From Promethearchaeum syntrophicum (GTDB taxonomy: Archaea; Asgardarchaeota; Lokiarchaeia; Sigyniarchaeales; Promethearchaeaceae), in contig NZ_CP042905.2 in the NCBI RefSeq assembly GCF_008000775.2, positions 2,490,001 through 2,522,000 on the forward strand: a stretch of DNA of 32,000 nucleotides, given 5' to 3'. The notes under the pieces were generated by a model. The model searched no databases. It saw only the letters and a program-made list of their open reading frames with translations, and was not told the DNA's origin. A program made the position numbers and the translations under genes. Shown here in pieces: positions 1-9,419 of the stretch. Position 1 is the stretch's first letter; each line of letters opens with the position of its first letter.

Positions 1-20
1 CTACAAATTAACCAATACTA

Positions 21-695
21 TTACTCCTCAAAAAAATCTTGTATTTCTTCTCGAGTTTCTTCATCCAATAAATTCAGTTTAATTTTAGATTCGTCATCTT
101 GATTATCATTATCACTCTCATTATCTCCATCTTCAAGTAATGTTAAAGGTTGTTCGTTTGGAGAGGACATAATAGTAGATGACATTGCATTCGGAACAGA
201 ACTCGATACTTGTAAACTACCACTTTTTCTTTTCCTGATAATTTTTGCTAGTTCTTTATTTCCTTTAAGAATTATATTATATCTCAAATCAAAATCAATG
301 CCATCTTGAAAGGATTGAAAAGTATCACTATCTAGTCTTGCTTGCTGAGAGATTAAATCTTGAAGTGTTTGCTTAGCTCGATTCCATTTATCTTTTAATC
401 TTTTATGTTTATTTTCCCATAAATCCCGTCTTTCTTCTTCAGATAATTCAGGAAAATCATATTCAAAAATTTCTTGGGAGAGTTTTGGATTTCCCCTAAA
501 GGGATAAAGAGTATCTTCTTTACGTATTGAAAATAAAACATCGTCATATAACATTTCTTTCAAATTATAAGCGGAATTTAACTCATAATTTTTATTTTTA
601 TGACTAAATTTTAAAATGTGATCACTCATCTCAATAAGATCTGCATAAACTCTAACGATTTTCTGATTAATGAATTCAAACCATGAAATTTTCAT
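21..695 (-). CDS. hypothetical protein; N-terminal module resembles the N-terminus of the retropepsin-like protein at 7409-8368; acidic C-terminal tail
   Basis: 224-aa ORF, last gene of a tight same-strand cluster; shared pattern H-x-L-x-F...S-x-Y-x-L...LY-x-D-[VI]-L...R...L-x-P. Confidence 0.8.
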   Translation of the reverse strand: MKISWFEFINQKIVRVYADLIEMSDHILKFSHKNKNYELNSAYNLKEMLYDDVLFSIRKEDTLYPFRGNPKLSQEIFEYDFPELSEEERRDLWENKHKRLKDKWNRAKQTLQDLISQQARLDSDTFQSFQDGIDFDLRYNIILKGNKELAKIIRKRKSGSLQVSSSVPNAMSSTIMSSPNEQPLTLLEDGDNESDNDNQDDESKIKLNLLDEETREEIQDFFEE

Positions 696-751
696 ATTTT
701 TTTCCTCTTAAGCAATATTCTTTTTAAATTTTTAAAACTTGAAAAAATGTT

Positions 752-3700
752 TTATTTAAGTGTTACATCAAAACCTTTATTTTTTTTAGCACTTTTCGAT
801 TCAGACTCGAGAACATGGTCTAATTTATCAGGATTCATGAACAAGGAAATCTTATTAGCAATTTTTTCGTAATTTTCCAGACCGAATCCTTTGTAATATA
901 AATCAAATACTTTTTCTGGTGAGGCTACATTACTAAGTGATTCACTTAGATGTTTCTTTATTTCTACAGTGCTTTCTAATAGTGCATTTTCAACTTGCAA
1001 TCTTCTTATAGTTTCAATTCTTTGTGCTAATGAATATTCATCGAGAACATTTCCTTTTCCTAAAACAGAATCAACTAATATTTGGTCGGTTTTCATTGAA
1101 GTAGAAAAAGTATCGAGTATAATTCCGTTTACCCCATGATCAATCCGTGCCTTTAATATATCATCATAATTCCCTTTTTCTTTTTCATTTTCTTTAATTC
1201 GATCTAAAACATATTTATAAAATGGTTGTGAATTAAACCTATATTTTCCAGTTGGAACATCATCAGTTCCTGGCATCATAATTGGTTCAATTACATTAAA
1301 TGGTCGATTTCGATAATCAAGGACGTAGCTAAAATTCTCAAATATTCTATCTTTTATAATTTTTCGAATTTCGCTACATAATTTTAAATCATAACCATCT
1401 CTAAAAATAGAATTGATAAGAGAATCAATTTCATGGATTGGAACCTCTTTATAATCTTGACTAAATCCAGTTCCATAAGCAATTTTTACATCGGTTAAAT
1501 GAATTATTGATATATATTGCTGATACATTTCTCTAAATACATAATTAACTACTCGATTTTCATTTGGGTTCTGAATTTCGCGAATGGAAAGTTCTTCTTC
1601 TCCTTCTTCACGTTCTTCACTTACATCTTGAGTAATAGAATTCTCTCTTGATTGGTTTTTTTGCGATGTATGATTTCCCATACTTTTTGAAATAGATTTA
1701 ACCGAATTTTTACGATTTTCTGAAAAACCAGCTGATGCTCCTGCTTCAACACCCACTGATGCAGACACGGGCCCCCATCCACCACTTGCACTAGCTGATG
1801 CACTAGCATATACTTCAGTTGTTCTTTGAGATTCAGAACTAGCATTTAGCTCTCCTTCTAATTCCTTTTGGAACGAGTCAGAAGATTCAGTATTTAAATT
1901 TTCTAAAACTGATGTAGATGTGTTTTTGGTTTTTTTTGATGTACTCCATTTTTTCATACGAAATTGAGTTTTCTCCAAAGGTAATAATGAGAATGTATCA
2001 ATAGTTTTTCCTGTTCCAAAATCACCTGGAAATACTGAAACAGTATATTCTTCAACAATAAAAATTCGAGGATCCAATTCTTCTTGTGATTTTATAAACC
2101 GAATTTCATATTCTCCAGCAAAATTTTTCAACAATCTAGGTACATATCCCATTTTCTTCAGATCTGCGATTTCATTTTCAGTGGGATATCTCTTTTCTTG
2201 GGAATTATCAGGGAAAAATGTAGTTATAAATATGTTGGATGAATCTGCTCCTTTCTTTTTACTAAATTCTGAAGAATTATCCACCCAAAATGGTTGCGAA
2301 ACCATGTTAATTTTAAATTCATTGTTTGGGGAATCACCTCTTCCAGATTTTACCCGATAATTCTCAATTTCATTAATCGTTTCTTCTAATTTCCCTTGTT
2401 CTTTTTGAATTTGGAATATGGTATTTAAGATTTCTAAGGATTTTTCTGAAATTTGCAAAATCGAATTTATAAGATCTTCAATTTGAAAAACATTTTGTAA
2501 AGCTTCAAGTAAGGATTCTTTAATGATATTTGTGCCCTCAATTTTGCACGTGATGTATTCTCTTTGATTTTGTCTTAATTTTTCATTATAACTATTTTTT
2601 AATAAATCAAGGTCTCGATAATATTCTTCATGTGCGCTGATGAATTTTCCGTTTATTTTATTCATTAAATTCATAATATCCAAGGATTTTGTTGATCCAG
2701 AGATTATTGATTCAAATAAAGATTTAATCCCACTGATTTCTTCAGTCGTGCATAAAACTTTACGGATATTGAGATTATTTAACTTATTTATCAAAACAGA
2801 ATATAATTCTTCTTTTTTGTTAAATAAATTATTTTCTTCCGATGTAATCTGTTCCAATTTAGAAATTTGAGAAGCTAATATTTTAGATAAACCGTTGAAA
2901 TTTATTTTATTTGAACTTATTGCATCCTTGACTAACCTACTAACGCGTTGTGCGATTTCTTGGCTAAAATTAGGAGAATTTACCAAAGATTGGATCTCTA
3001 AAGAAATTTTGTTACTGTATACATCATCTTTTACAGTTTCAGTTTCACTAAAAAATCTCGTATTATCTGCTTTCTTTCTCTCAACAGCAGTTAATTCCGA
3101 TTTAAGCAATTTAAGTTCTTGTTGTAATTTAACTAAAACTCCTTTTAAATCATCAATTAGCAGAGAATCAGCAGTTATTTGTTTTAGTTTACCTGTTCTT
3201 TCAGTACGTACATAGAATATCATCGAATTACCAGTTTTAATGTTTCCAGATTCAAGTTTCTCTAATTTTCTTCTGACATGTGCTGATTTTTGATATCTGA
3301 TAACTTCCCTTGATTGAATAGTTGAGAGTAAATTTCTAATTTGCGCATCATTAGAATTTTTATTGATTTTTTTTATTAATTCATTTTTTTCATCTTTCGA
3401 AAACTCTGAAGAACTTGAAATATCGGAGTGAATTTTATCTAAGAGATCAGAGAGTTCTAATTTTTTATTTTCTATTTTTTCTTTCGATTCTGTAATTAAT
3501 TGCATATAATCCTTAATATATTTATCATATTCAGTTGGTTTATACCCTTTAAGTTTTATACTATTAATTGTCGAATAGTGCTTTATTTTATTCTCTTTTT
3601 TTTCTATCTCCAAACTTAAATTAATTTGTTCTTTTTCCAGATTTTCAAGAATTTTTTTTATTTTTTCGTTTTTTTTCTCTTCAATTTCAAGTTGGTTAAT

Positions 3701-4795
3701 AATGGGTAACAATTGGTTTACTGTGCTTAACGCAACCTTAGCATCGTCTTTTTTATTTGATAAAAATTTCTTTTCATCCTCAATTTGCCTTTGAAGGTCT
3801 GGAAAAGAATCTAATTCTTTTTGAATTTTTGAAATTTTTGAATTATATTCATTATCTAAGTATTGTTTCTCATTATTATATGTTGAATTGATGGAATCTT
3901 TCTCTTTTTGATATATTTTTATATCTTCTTCTATACTTTCAGTATAATCAATATTCTTATCAATATAATTATAAAATATTTGGATACTACCCTGAATTTT
4001 TAGGATTAATTGCTTCATAGAATCTTGGAGATACAGGTATTCTCTTTCATATAAATTGGAAGGATCAAATTCTTGGTATTTTTTTAAGTAGTTTGCTATT
4101 TGAATTATACTGCCTACAATTTTATTATGGTTTATTGATTTATCAATTGATTCCAAATATTCCATTGTATTATATACATTCTCTTTTATAATATTATGAT
4201 TTTCCTTTAATTTCGCCCCATAAATGGCTTCTACTTTGTCAATTGTTAAATCTCTTAAAGGATGACCTTCAGGAAAGGTTTTCCAAAAAACATGATTCCA
4301 AGGTATTTTTTGTAAAATTTGAAAAAGTTTATCATTTGAATATCTTCCTTTTAAATCTTTAAAGATATTTGGAGTAATTTTATATTCTGGCTTTACTGCT
4401 TCAATATGTTCCTTAATTTGCTCAACACTCATAAAATGGTAAGCATTTATTGGATCAAACCAATCCTTATCCACAGCAAATTCCATATAAGTTCTAATTG
4501 GCAAAGAAGTTGACGTAGGAATATTGTAATTAATTTCAGGTGCTTTTCCTGTTTCATAATTTGTAAAATCTAAAACAGAATCCAGTAAATATTTTTTACT
4601 CGGAATTTTTTTCTTCTCAGAAGAGATTTCAGTTTCTATTCTATCTAATACTTCTTGAGCTTGACGATAATATTTCATTGCTTCATAGGTATTTTTTTGA
4701 TTGAATAATTGATTTCCACTTTCAATTAAGCTCTCTGCTTCCGCTTCTAATGAAGCTTTTATTTTTTTATTAAGTTTATTTTGCATAGCGTTCAT
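752..4795 (-). CDS. giant coiled-coil protein (1347 aa) with TPR/MIT-like N-terminal helices and an Ala/Ser/Gly-rich segment in the C-terminal third
   Basis: Long uninterrupted ORF; extensive K/E/I/L-rich heptad-like regions; segment VYASASASASGGWGPVSASVGVEAGASAG. Confidence 0.9.
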   Translation of the reverse strand: MNAMQNKLNKKIKASLEAEAESLIESGNQLFNQKNTYEAMKYYRQAQEVLDRIETEISSEKKKIPSKKYLLDSVLDFTNYETGKAPEINYNIPTSTSLPIRTYMEFAVDKDWFDPINAYHFMSVEQIKEHIEAVKPEYKITPNIFKDLKGRYSNDKLFQILQKIPWNHVFWKTFPEGHPLRDLTIDKVEAIYGAKLKENHNIIKENVYNTMEYLESIDKSINHNKIVGSIIQIANYLKKYQEFDPSNLYEREYLYLQDSMKQLILKIQGSIQIFYNYIDKNIDYTESIEEDIKIYQKEKDSINSTYNNEKQYLDNEYNSKISKIQKELDSFPDLQRQIEDEKKFLSNKKDDAKVALSTVNQLLPIINQLEIEEKKNEKIKKILENLEKEQINLSLEIEKKENKIKHYSTINSIKLKGYKPTEYDKYIKDYMQLITESKEKIENKKLELSDLLDKIHSDISSSSEFSKDEKNELIKKINKNSNDAQIRNLLSTIQSREVIRYQKSAHVRRKLEKLESGNIKTGNSMIFYVRTERTGKLKQITADSLLIDDLKGVLVKLQQELKLLKSELTAVERKKADNTRFFSETETVKDDVYSNKISLEIQSLVNSPNFSQEIAQRVSRLVKDAISSNKINFNGLSKILASQISKLEQITSEENNLFNKKEELYSVLINKLNNLNIRKVLCTTEEISGIKSLFESIISGSTKSLDIMNLMNKINGKFISAHEEYYRDLDLLKNSYNEKLRQNQREYITCKIEGTNIIKESLLEALQNVFQIEDLINSILQISEKSLEILNTIFQIQKEQGKLEETINEIENYRVKSGRGDSPNNEFKINMVSQPFWVDNSSEFSKKKGADSSNIFITTFFPDNSQEKRYPTENEIADLKKMGYVPRLLKNFAGEYEIRFIKSQEELDPRIFIVEEYTVSVFPGDFGTGKTIDTFSLLPLEKTQFRMKKWSTSKKTKNTSTSVLENLNTESSDSFQKELEGELNASSESQRTTEVYASASASASGGWGPVSASVGVEAGASAGFSENRKNSVKSISKSMGNHTSQKNQSRENSITQDVSEEREEGEEELSIREIQNPNENRVVNYVFREMYQQYISIIHLTDVKIAYGTGFSQDYKEVPIHEIDSLINSIFRDGYDLKLCSEIRKIIKDRIFENFSYVLDYRNRPFNVIEPIMMPGTDDVPTGKYRFNSQPFYKYVLDRIKENEKEKGNYDDILKARIDHGVNGIILDTFSTSMKTDQILVDSVLGKGNVLDEYSLAQRIETIRRLQVENALLESTVEIKKHLSESLSNVASPEKVFDLYYKGFGLENYEKIANKISLFMNPDKLDHVLESESKSAKKNKGFDVTLK

Positions 4796-4811
4796 TTCTT
4801 AAATCCCTTTT

Positions 4812-5813
4812 TTAATTATATTGTTTTTCTATAGCGTGTCCCCATGATTTTATTGAATTTATAAATTCTTCTTTTAAATTTGGTTCAAGATCATCAATCT
4901 TTTTGATTTCTTTGAGTTTTTTTTTGAAGTTCTTAATTTCTGATTGATATTGTGAAAATTCTTTAAATTTTGTCAGTTCAGTCGAGATATCATTTAATTT
5001 TGAAATAATATCAGGTAAATTATACCAATCTACTTCGATTAAATTAATTAATGTCCCACTATCTCTCCCAATATGATACGAAGCGCTGACTTTATTTGAG
5101 TATAAGTTTCGTAGTTGATTAATTTGTTCTCTTTCTTTAAGGAAATTTGAAAATACTTTTTTAGCCCAATATTCAGATTGTGTAAGATTTTTAGCCCAAA
5201 TTGTGAAGGTGAGTTTTTTTTTCTTTACATTAAATATTATCTCGGAAAAGAAAGTAGAACTTTCATAATCTAACCTATAAAAATATAATTTTGAATTCTC
5301 TAATTTGGTTCTAATATCATTTTTCAGTTGTTGTATATTTAAATTGTGAAAACTATTTTCAAAGATTAATTGAAGATCTTCCTTTTGGCCATGATATTCA
5401 ATCTCCTTTGTGGTTTTTGAAAATTCTGTTAAAATATTTAAAAATTCCGAAGCATTATTCCGTTTTTTATTGCTATTATGGCGTAGATAAAAGGAAAAAA
5501 GTTTTGATTCATGATAATACAATTTATTCTCCAAATTGGAAAAAATACACGAAAATTGAATTTCTAGCGAGGCTTCTTTATCAAATGAAATAGGAATATA
5601 TATTTTTTCAGTTCTATTGGGGAATATCTCAGATTTAATAGGAATATTTTTTGCAATTGATACAATCTTACTATAAAATTTTGGATAACACACTATATTA
5701 TGAATTTTACTAGAATCTAGATTTCTTATATCAATTTGAATTTGAGGTTTTAAAGATAACATATCCAATTGGGCTTTAAGTGTAATTTTTTCTTGTCCAT
5801 TAAATAAGTTCAT
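4812..5813 (-). CDS. hypothetical protein, beta-rich N-terminal half followed by coiled coil
   Basis: 333-aa ORF, 16 bp upstream of the 1347-aa gene; C-terminus rich in K/E/L heptads. Confidence 0.85.
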   Translation of the reverse strand: MNLFNGQEKITLKAQLDMLSLKPQIQIDIRNLDSSKIHNIVCYPKFYSKIVSIAKNIPIKSEIFPNRTEKIYIPISFDKEASLEIQFSCIFSNLENKLYYHESKLFSFYLRHNSNKKRNNASEFLNILTEFSKTTKEIEYHGQKEDLQLIFENSFHNLNIQQLKNDIRTKLENSKLYFYRLDYESSTFFSEIIFNVKKKKLTFTIWAKNLTQSEYWAKKVFSNFLKEREQINQLRNLYSNKVSASYHIGRDSGTLINLIEVDWYNLPDIISKLNDISTELTKFKEFSQYQSEIKNFKKKLKEIKKIDDLEPNLKEEFINSIKSWGHAIEKQYN

Positions 5814-5839
5814 TTATTAAAACTCCATAAGATTATCTT

Positions 5840-6556
5840 TCAAATTAGAAGTGAAATGGCATATATTATTATTATAATCAAAGTTACAATCAATGCAACT
5901 TTATTATTGGTTTTTCTTTGCAACCAATCAAAAATGGGTATTTTGAACTTTTTTTGATTTGTAGAGAGGGATTTTTGTTGCTCAGAATTTTCTTGAGCTT
6001 TTTCGATACTCAAAAGAATATTTGAAGAAATTGGCTGAGCTTGATTAATAACTATGGTTTCTTCAGGAAATTCCGTTTCATCACCCAACAAGAAAATGCT
6101 TGATTCATTTATGGGGAAAGAAGCTAAAATTTCGTCTAAACTTGGAAAAATTTTCTGCTGATTTTCATCTAGGATTAAATTTGAAATTTTTGGGATTTTA
6201 TCATTTATCTTGTTTAAACTCTTCTTTATTAATTCAGGTGAGAGATCTAAAATATCTTTGGGAATTAATTTGCTATCATCTATTAATTCCATCAAATTTT
6301 CCTTAAATTTATCAGGTTTTTTTGTAGTATCAATAATAAATGAAGTTATTATTATCCCAAGATATAAAGCTGACAAATGAAGGATTACGAACCAATAGAA
6401 ATTAGTACCATAATTTTCCGCAATCCAAGGAGCAAGAGATGCTTCAAGTGTTGTAAATAAACCGTATTCATATAAAGTTAAAAAAGTAAATACGATTGAT
6501 ACAAAACTAAATTTTCCCGGAATTTTCTCTAATGCTTTTACTGCCATATTGATCAC
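5840..6556 (-). CDS. multi-TM membrane protein (two N-terminal TM segments, one C-terminal TM segment, soluble central region)
   Basis: Hydrophobic stretches FSFVSIVFTFLTLYEYGLF, FYWFVILHLSALYLGIIITSFII and VALIVTLIIIIIYAISLLI. Confidence 0.85.
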   Translation of the reverse strand: MINMAVKALEKIPGKFSFVSIVFTFLTLYEYGLFTTLEASLAPWIAENYGTNFYWFVILHLSALYLGIIITSFIIDTTKKPDKFKENLMELIDDSKLIPKDILDLSPELIKKSLNKINDKIPKISNLILDENQQKIFPSLDEILASFPINESSIFLLGDETEFPEETIVINQAQPISSNILLSIEKAQENSEQQKSLSTNQKKFKIPIFDWLQRKTNNKVALIVTLIIIIIYAISLLI

Positions 6557-7377
6557 TATTTTATTAATTCAGAAATTTCAAATATTTTAAACTCATCTGA
6601 AGTAACTAGAACATCATCTTTATGTAAAATATTCTTTAGATTTTGTATTGTAGAAAGAATTGTTGAAAGTTCATTAAGATCTCTTTTTATATGAACCGAA
6701 GCTTCATTAACTTTTGATTGAATAGGAATAAATTTCTTCTTTAACTCTTTCTTAATAATTGAATATCCATTAACAACATCTGCGTTCATATTATCTAATT
6801 CTTGAATAGTTTTTTCCATTTGTTCAGCGAGAGAAATGTTCTTTGCCTCGTTTAATAATTCTTTAGGCACTGCTCTCCACTTATTATAAAGAGTGTTATA
6901 ATTCTCCAATTTTTGGATAAAAGGATTGGTTTTAGTCATTAAATCATCATGTATCATATCGTTATTGGTTAATGCAGCGATTTTATTATCAATATATTTT
7001 GTAATCGAATTTATATTATATTCAACAGTTTGTCGATTTTTCTTAGTTGTTGCATATTTTAAGAAATTTCTACTTTCGTTTTTGATAGTAGTTAAATTTT
7101 CTTTAATAGAGTTTGAGAGAAATTTTATTGATGATTTTTCAATATAAGTAGTCAATTCTTTAGGAAATATCATATCTAACAGGTTAATTTGCATTAAATT
7201 ATTTTGATTGTCACTCAGACCTTCTAAATATATTTCTAAATCTTGTTTAAATTCTTGGATATCGACAAATAATTCTAACCAAACTGAACAAGTTGGGCAC
7301 ATAGTGTCTTGTTTTTTATATTCTTTATTGCATTGAGGACATTTTTTCTGAATATATCTTTCTAAAGTGATTTTCAT
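6556..7377 (-). CDS. zinc-ribbon plus coiled-coil protein
   Basis: N-terminal CPQC-x11-CPTC zinc-ribbon pattern followed by long helical region; overlaps the downstream gene by 1 bp. Confidence 0.85.
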   Translation of the reverse strand: MKITLERYIQKKCPQCNKEYKKQDTMCPTCSVWLELFVDIQEFKQDLEIYLEGLSDNQNNLMQINLLDMIFPKELTTYIEKSSIKFLSNSIKENLTTIKNESRNFLKYATTKKNRQTVEYNINSITKYIDNKIAALTNNDMIHDDLMTKTNPFIQKLENYNTLYNKWRAVPKELLNEAKNISLAEQMEKTIQELDNMNADVVNGYSIIKKELKKKFIPIQSKVNEASVHIKRDLNELSTILSTIQNLKNILHKDDVLVTSDEFKIFEISELIK

Positions 7378-7408
7378 TTTTCTTTTTCACATCTGCTATT
7401 TTTTATTA

Positions 7409-8368
7409 TTAAAGTTGTAATGTAAAATTTAAGCCTTTTTTCTTAGCTATTTCCCAAAAATCCATCCCGATTAAAAGAGGATATCCTCCAGTTCTATTAG
7501 ATAATCCATACCAGCAAGGAATTCGCATATTGATATATGTAGATTTTTTATTATCAACATATTTATTTGGAATTTTAATTTTAAATTCAACAATTTCCAC
7601 TGATGAAGATGCCCCTAAACCTCCAATTCTCTTCTTTTGGCCAGTAAATCTCGCAATTCTTTTTGCTACATTAAAATCAAGAACGCTACATTGAGCTCCT
7701 GTATCAATAAGACCTTTGATGTTTTTGGATTTCACTCCCTTAATTTCGAAATTTTCTGTAATTCTTTTACTTTGCCAATCAATATTTCCGAAGGTCATGA
7801 ATATCTTTTGAACTAAACCTTCCTTCTTATATATATAATTAATTAATGCCTCATCACCTTCCTCAAAATTTAACCCTTCTCGAGCCTTATCTATTTGTTT
7901 TTGGACTTTTTGTGTTAATTTTTGTAAATTGACTTCAGACATTTCTAAATTTGATTTAGTTAGTTTAATTCCTGTATTTCTCACCATTTTCATACTAGAA
8001 CTAATAGAATCTGCTAATTCATCCCAAAATATATCATCATCTTGTTTATTTCTTAGATATTCTATGAGCTCGTTGTATTTAGTTAATTCTTTAGTAAGTA
8101 AATTTCCATAATTATCAATTAACATTTGATTATATTCATCAAATTCGGGATTAGGAATAAGATCTTCTTGTTTAATAGGAATTAATTCATTTCCACTTCT
8201 ATACATAAGTAAAATATCACCATACAAGTAATTTCTTAAATCATATGATGAATAAAATTCAATCTTAGTCTTTTCATCATAAAATGATAATTTATGTGGA
8301 AATAGCTGAGGCTTTTCTATGGAAGTTCTAATGAATGTATTATTAGATTTTGTATAATAGGATAGCAT
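7409..8368 (-). CDS. retropepsin-like aspartic peptidase domain protein
   Basis: C-terminal domain contains GLIDTGAQCSVLD (DTGA catalytic motif) and a distal hydrophobic-G motif YPLLIGMDFW, as in retropepsin-type domains. Confidence 0.8.
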   Translation of the reverse strand: MLSYYTKSNNTFIRTSIEKPQLFPHKLSFYDEKTKIEFYSSYDLRNYLYGDILLMYRSGNELIPIKQEDLIPNPEFDEYNQMLIDNYGNLLTKELTKYNELIEYLRNKQDDDIFWDELADSISSSMKMVRNTGIKLTKSNLEMSEVNLQKLTQKVQKQIDKAREGLNFEEGDEALINYIYKKEGLVQKIFMTFGNIDWQSKRITENFEIKGVKSKNIKGLIDTGAQCSVLDFNVAKRIARFTGQKKRIGGLGASSSVEIVEFKIKIPNKYVDNKKSTYINMRIPCWYGLSNRTGGYPLLIGMDFWEIAKKKGLNFTLQL

Positions 8369-8596
8369 TTTTTCTCAATAATTCTTTTTAATTTTCTTAA
8401 AATAATCTTATGCAATATTATTTTATGGAACAATATCATTTTAAAATCTTTCTTATGTATTATCAACCAAAAAAATGTTTTAAAAGTAGAAAGAAAACTT
8501 GTCTAATAATTAAAAAATGTAAATAAACTAAATTTATAAGAATTTTTATTATTTGAATATGATATCCAAAGAAGAAATTCCAAATTTTACTATTTT

Positions 8597-8752
8597 TTAG
8601 GATGGAAGCTTAGAAAAACTAAAATTAGATCTCATGGAAGATACCATGTAGTTTTCAATTATGGGGATTATACTGACTAAATTTTGATGTGGATAGATAG
8701 ATCGGAATATTTTCGGTGGTTTTCTAAAGGAGATAAAATAAGACGCTATTAA
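8597..8752 (+). pseudogene. possible short gene remnant
   Basis: Reading frame FLGWKLRKTKIRSHGRYHVVFNYGDYTD*ILMWIDRSEYFRWFSKGDKIRRY* has protein-like composition, one internal TAA and no clean start. Confidence 0.35.
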
Positions 8753-8846
8753 TTGAAATAAGCAATAATTATTTGAAAATATAGAAAAAATTACAATCCT
8801 AAGAAATAATCATCTAGATACAATTGTAAAAATTACACTAGAATTA

Positions 8847-9407
8847 TTAATTATATATATTTCCGGGTTCGGGATCAGGAAATCCCCGTTTTAATATTTT
8901 TGCAAGAGTTTCTAGGCGATCTTCGTTGATTTCAGGATCAATTTCTTCAACAAATATGGCTCCCTTTGGACAATATTCTACACATTGAGGTTCCCCAGAT
9001 TCTGTAGATTCGCATAAATCACATACTACAGCTTTCCGTTCTTTTACGTTAACATTAATTGCTCCAAAAGGACAATTTCTGACACATGCACCACAACCAT
9101 CGCAAATATTATTATCCACATGGATTAATCCCGTTTCTGGATCTTTTGATAATGCAAGTAATTGACATGCTTTGACGCAATCAGGATCGTAACATGAAAG
9201 ACAGCTTAATGTATTGTTTATAATGGGTTCAATTCTAATTCGGTTTATTCTAGAATTTAAGGGATTAAACTCTTCATTATGGGAAAAAGAGCAAACTGAC
9301 TCACATATTTCACACCCAGTACAACGACGCGGGTCCACAACTAATATTTTATGGAATATTTTTTCATTTTTCGTTGAATCTTCAGATTTAGTTGCCATTT
9401 TTTTCAC
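8847..9407 (-). CDS. 4x[4Fe-4S] ferredoxin-like electron-transfer subunit (AOR-associated / HycB-CooF type)
   Basis: Four Cys clusters: CTGCEICESVC, CLSCYDPDCVKAC, CDGCGACVRNC, CDLC...CVEYC; adjacent to AOR. Confidence 0.9.
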   Translation of the reverse strand: MKKMATKSEDSTKNEKIFHKILVVDPRRCTGCEICESVCSFSHNEEFNPLNSRINRIRIEPIINNTLSCLSCYDPDCVKACQLLALSKDPETGLIHVDNNICDGCGACVRNCPFGAINVNVKERKAVVCDLCESTESGEPQCVEYCPKGAIFVEEIDPEINEDRLETLAKILKRGFPDPEPGNIYN

Positions 9408-9419
9408 TTCTCCATTTTT

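Noticed and set aside
1900-2060. GDFGTGKT in the 1347-aa protein matches the Walker A consensus GxxxxGK[ST]
   Set aside because: No convincing Walker B or other NTPase motifs and surrounding sequence looks beta-rich; probably a chance match, though structure prediction should confirm
3100-3300. Antisense or overlapping ORFs within real genes (e.g. 1621-1845, 2640-2870, 2895-3215, 10752-11021, 13463-13864, 14791-15109, 16483-16707, 20531-20731, 30732-30920)
   Set aside because: All lie inside clearly coding genes on another frame/strand and have low-complexity or unrecognisable translations; treated as shadow ORFs
8380-8840. Possible selenoprotein with in-frame TGA in the 8.4-8.8 kb gap
   Set aside because: The most protein-like frame is interrupted by TAA, not TGA, and no complete start-to-stop frame is present
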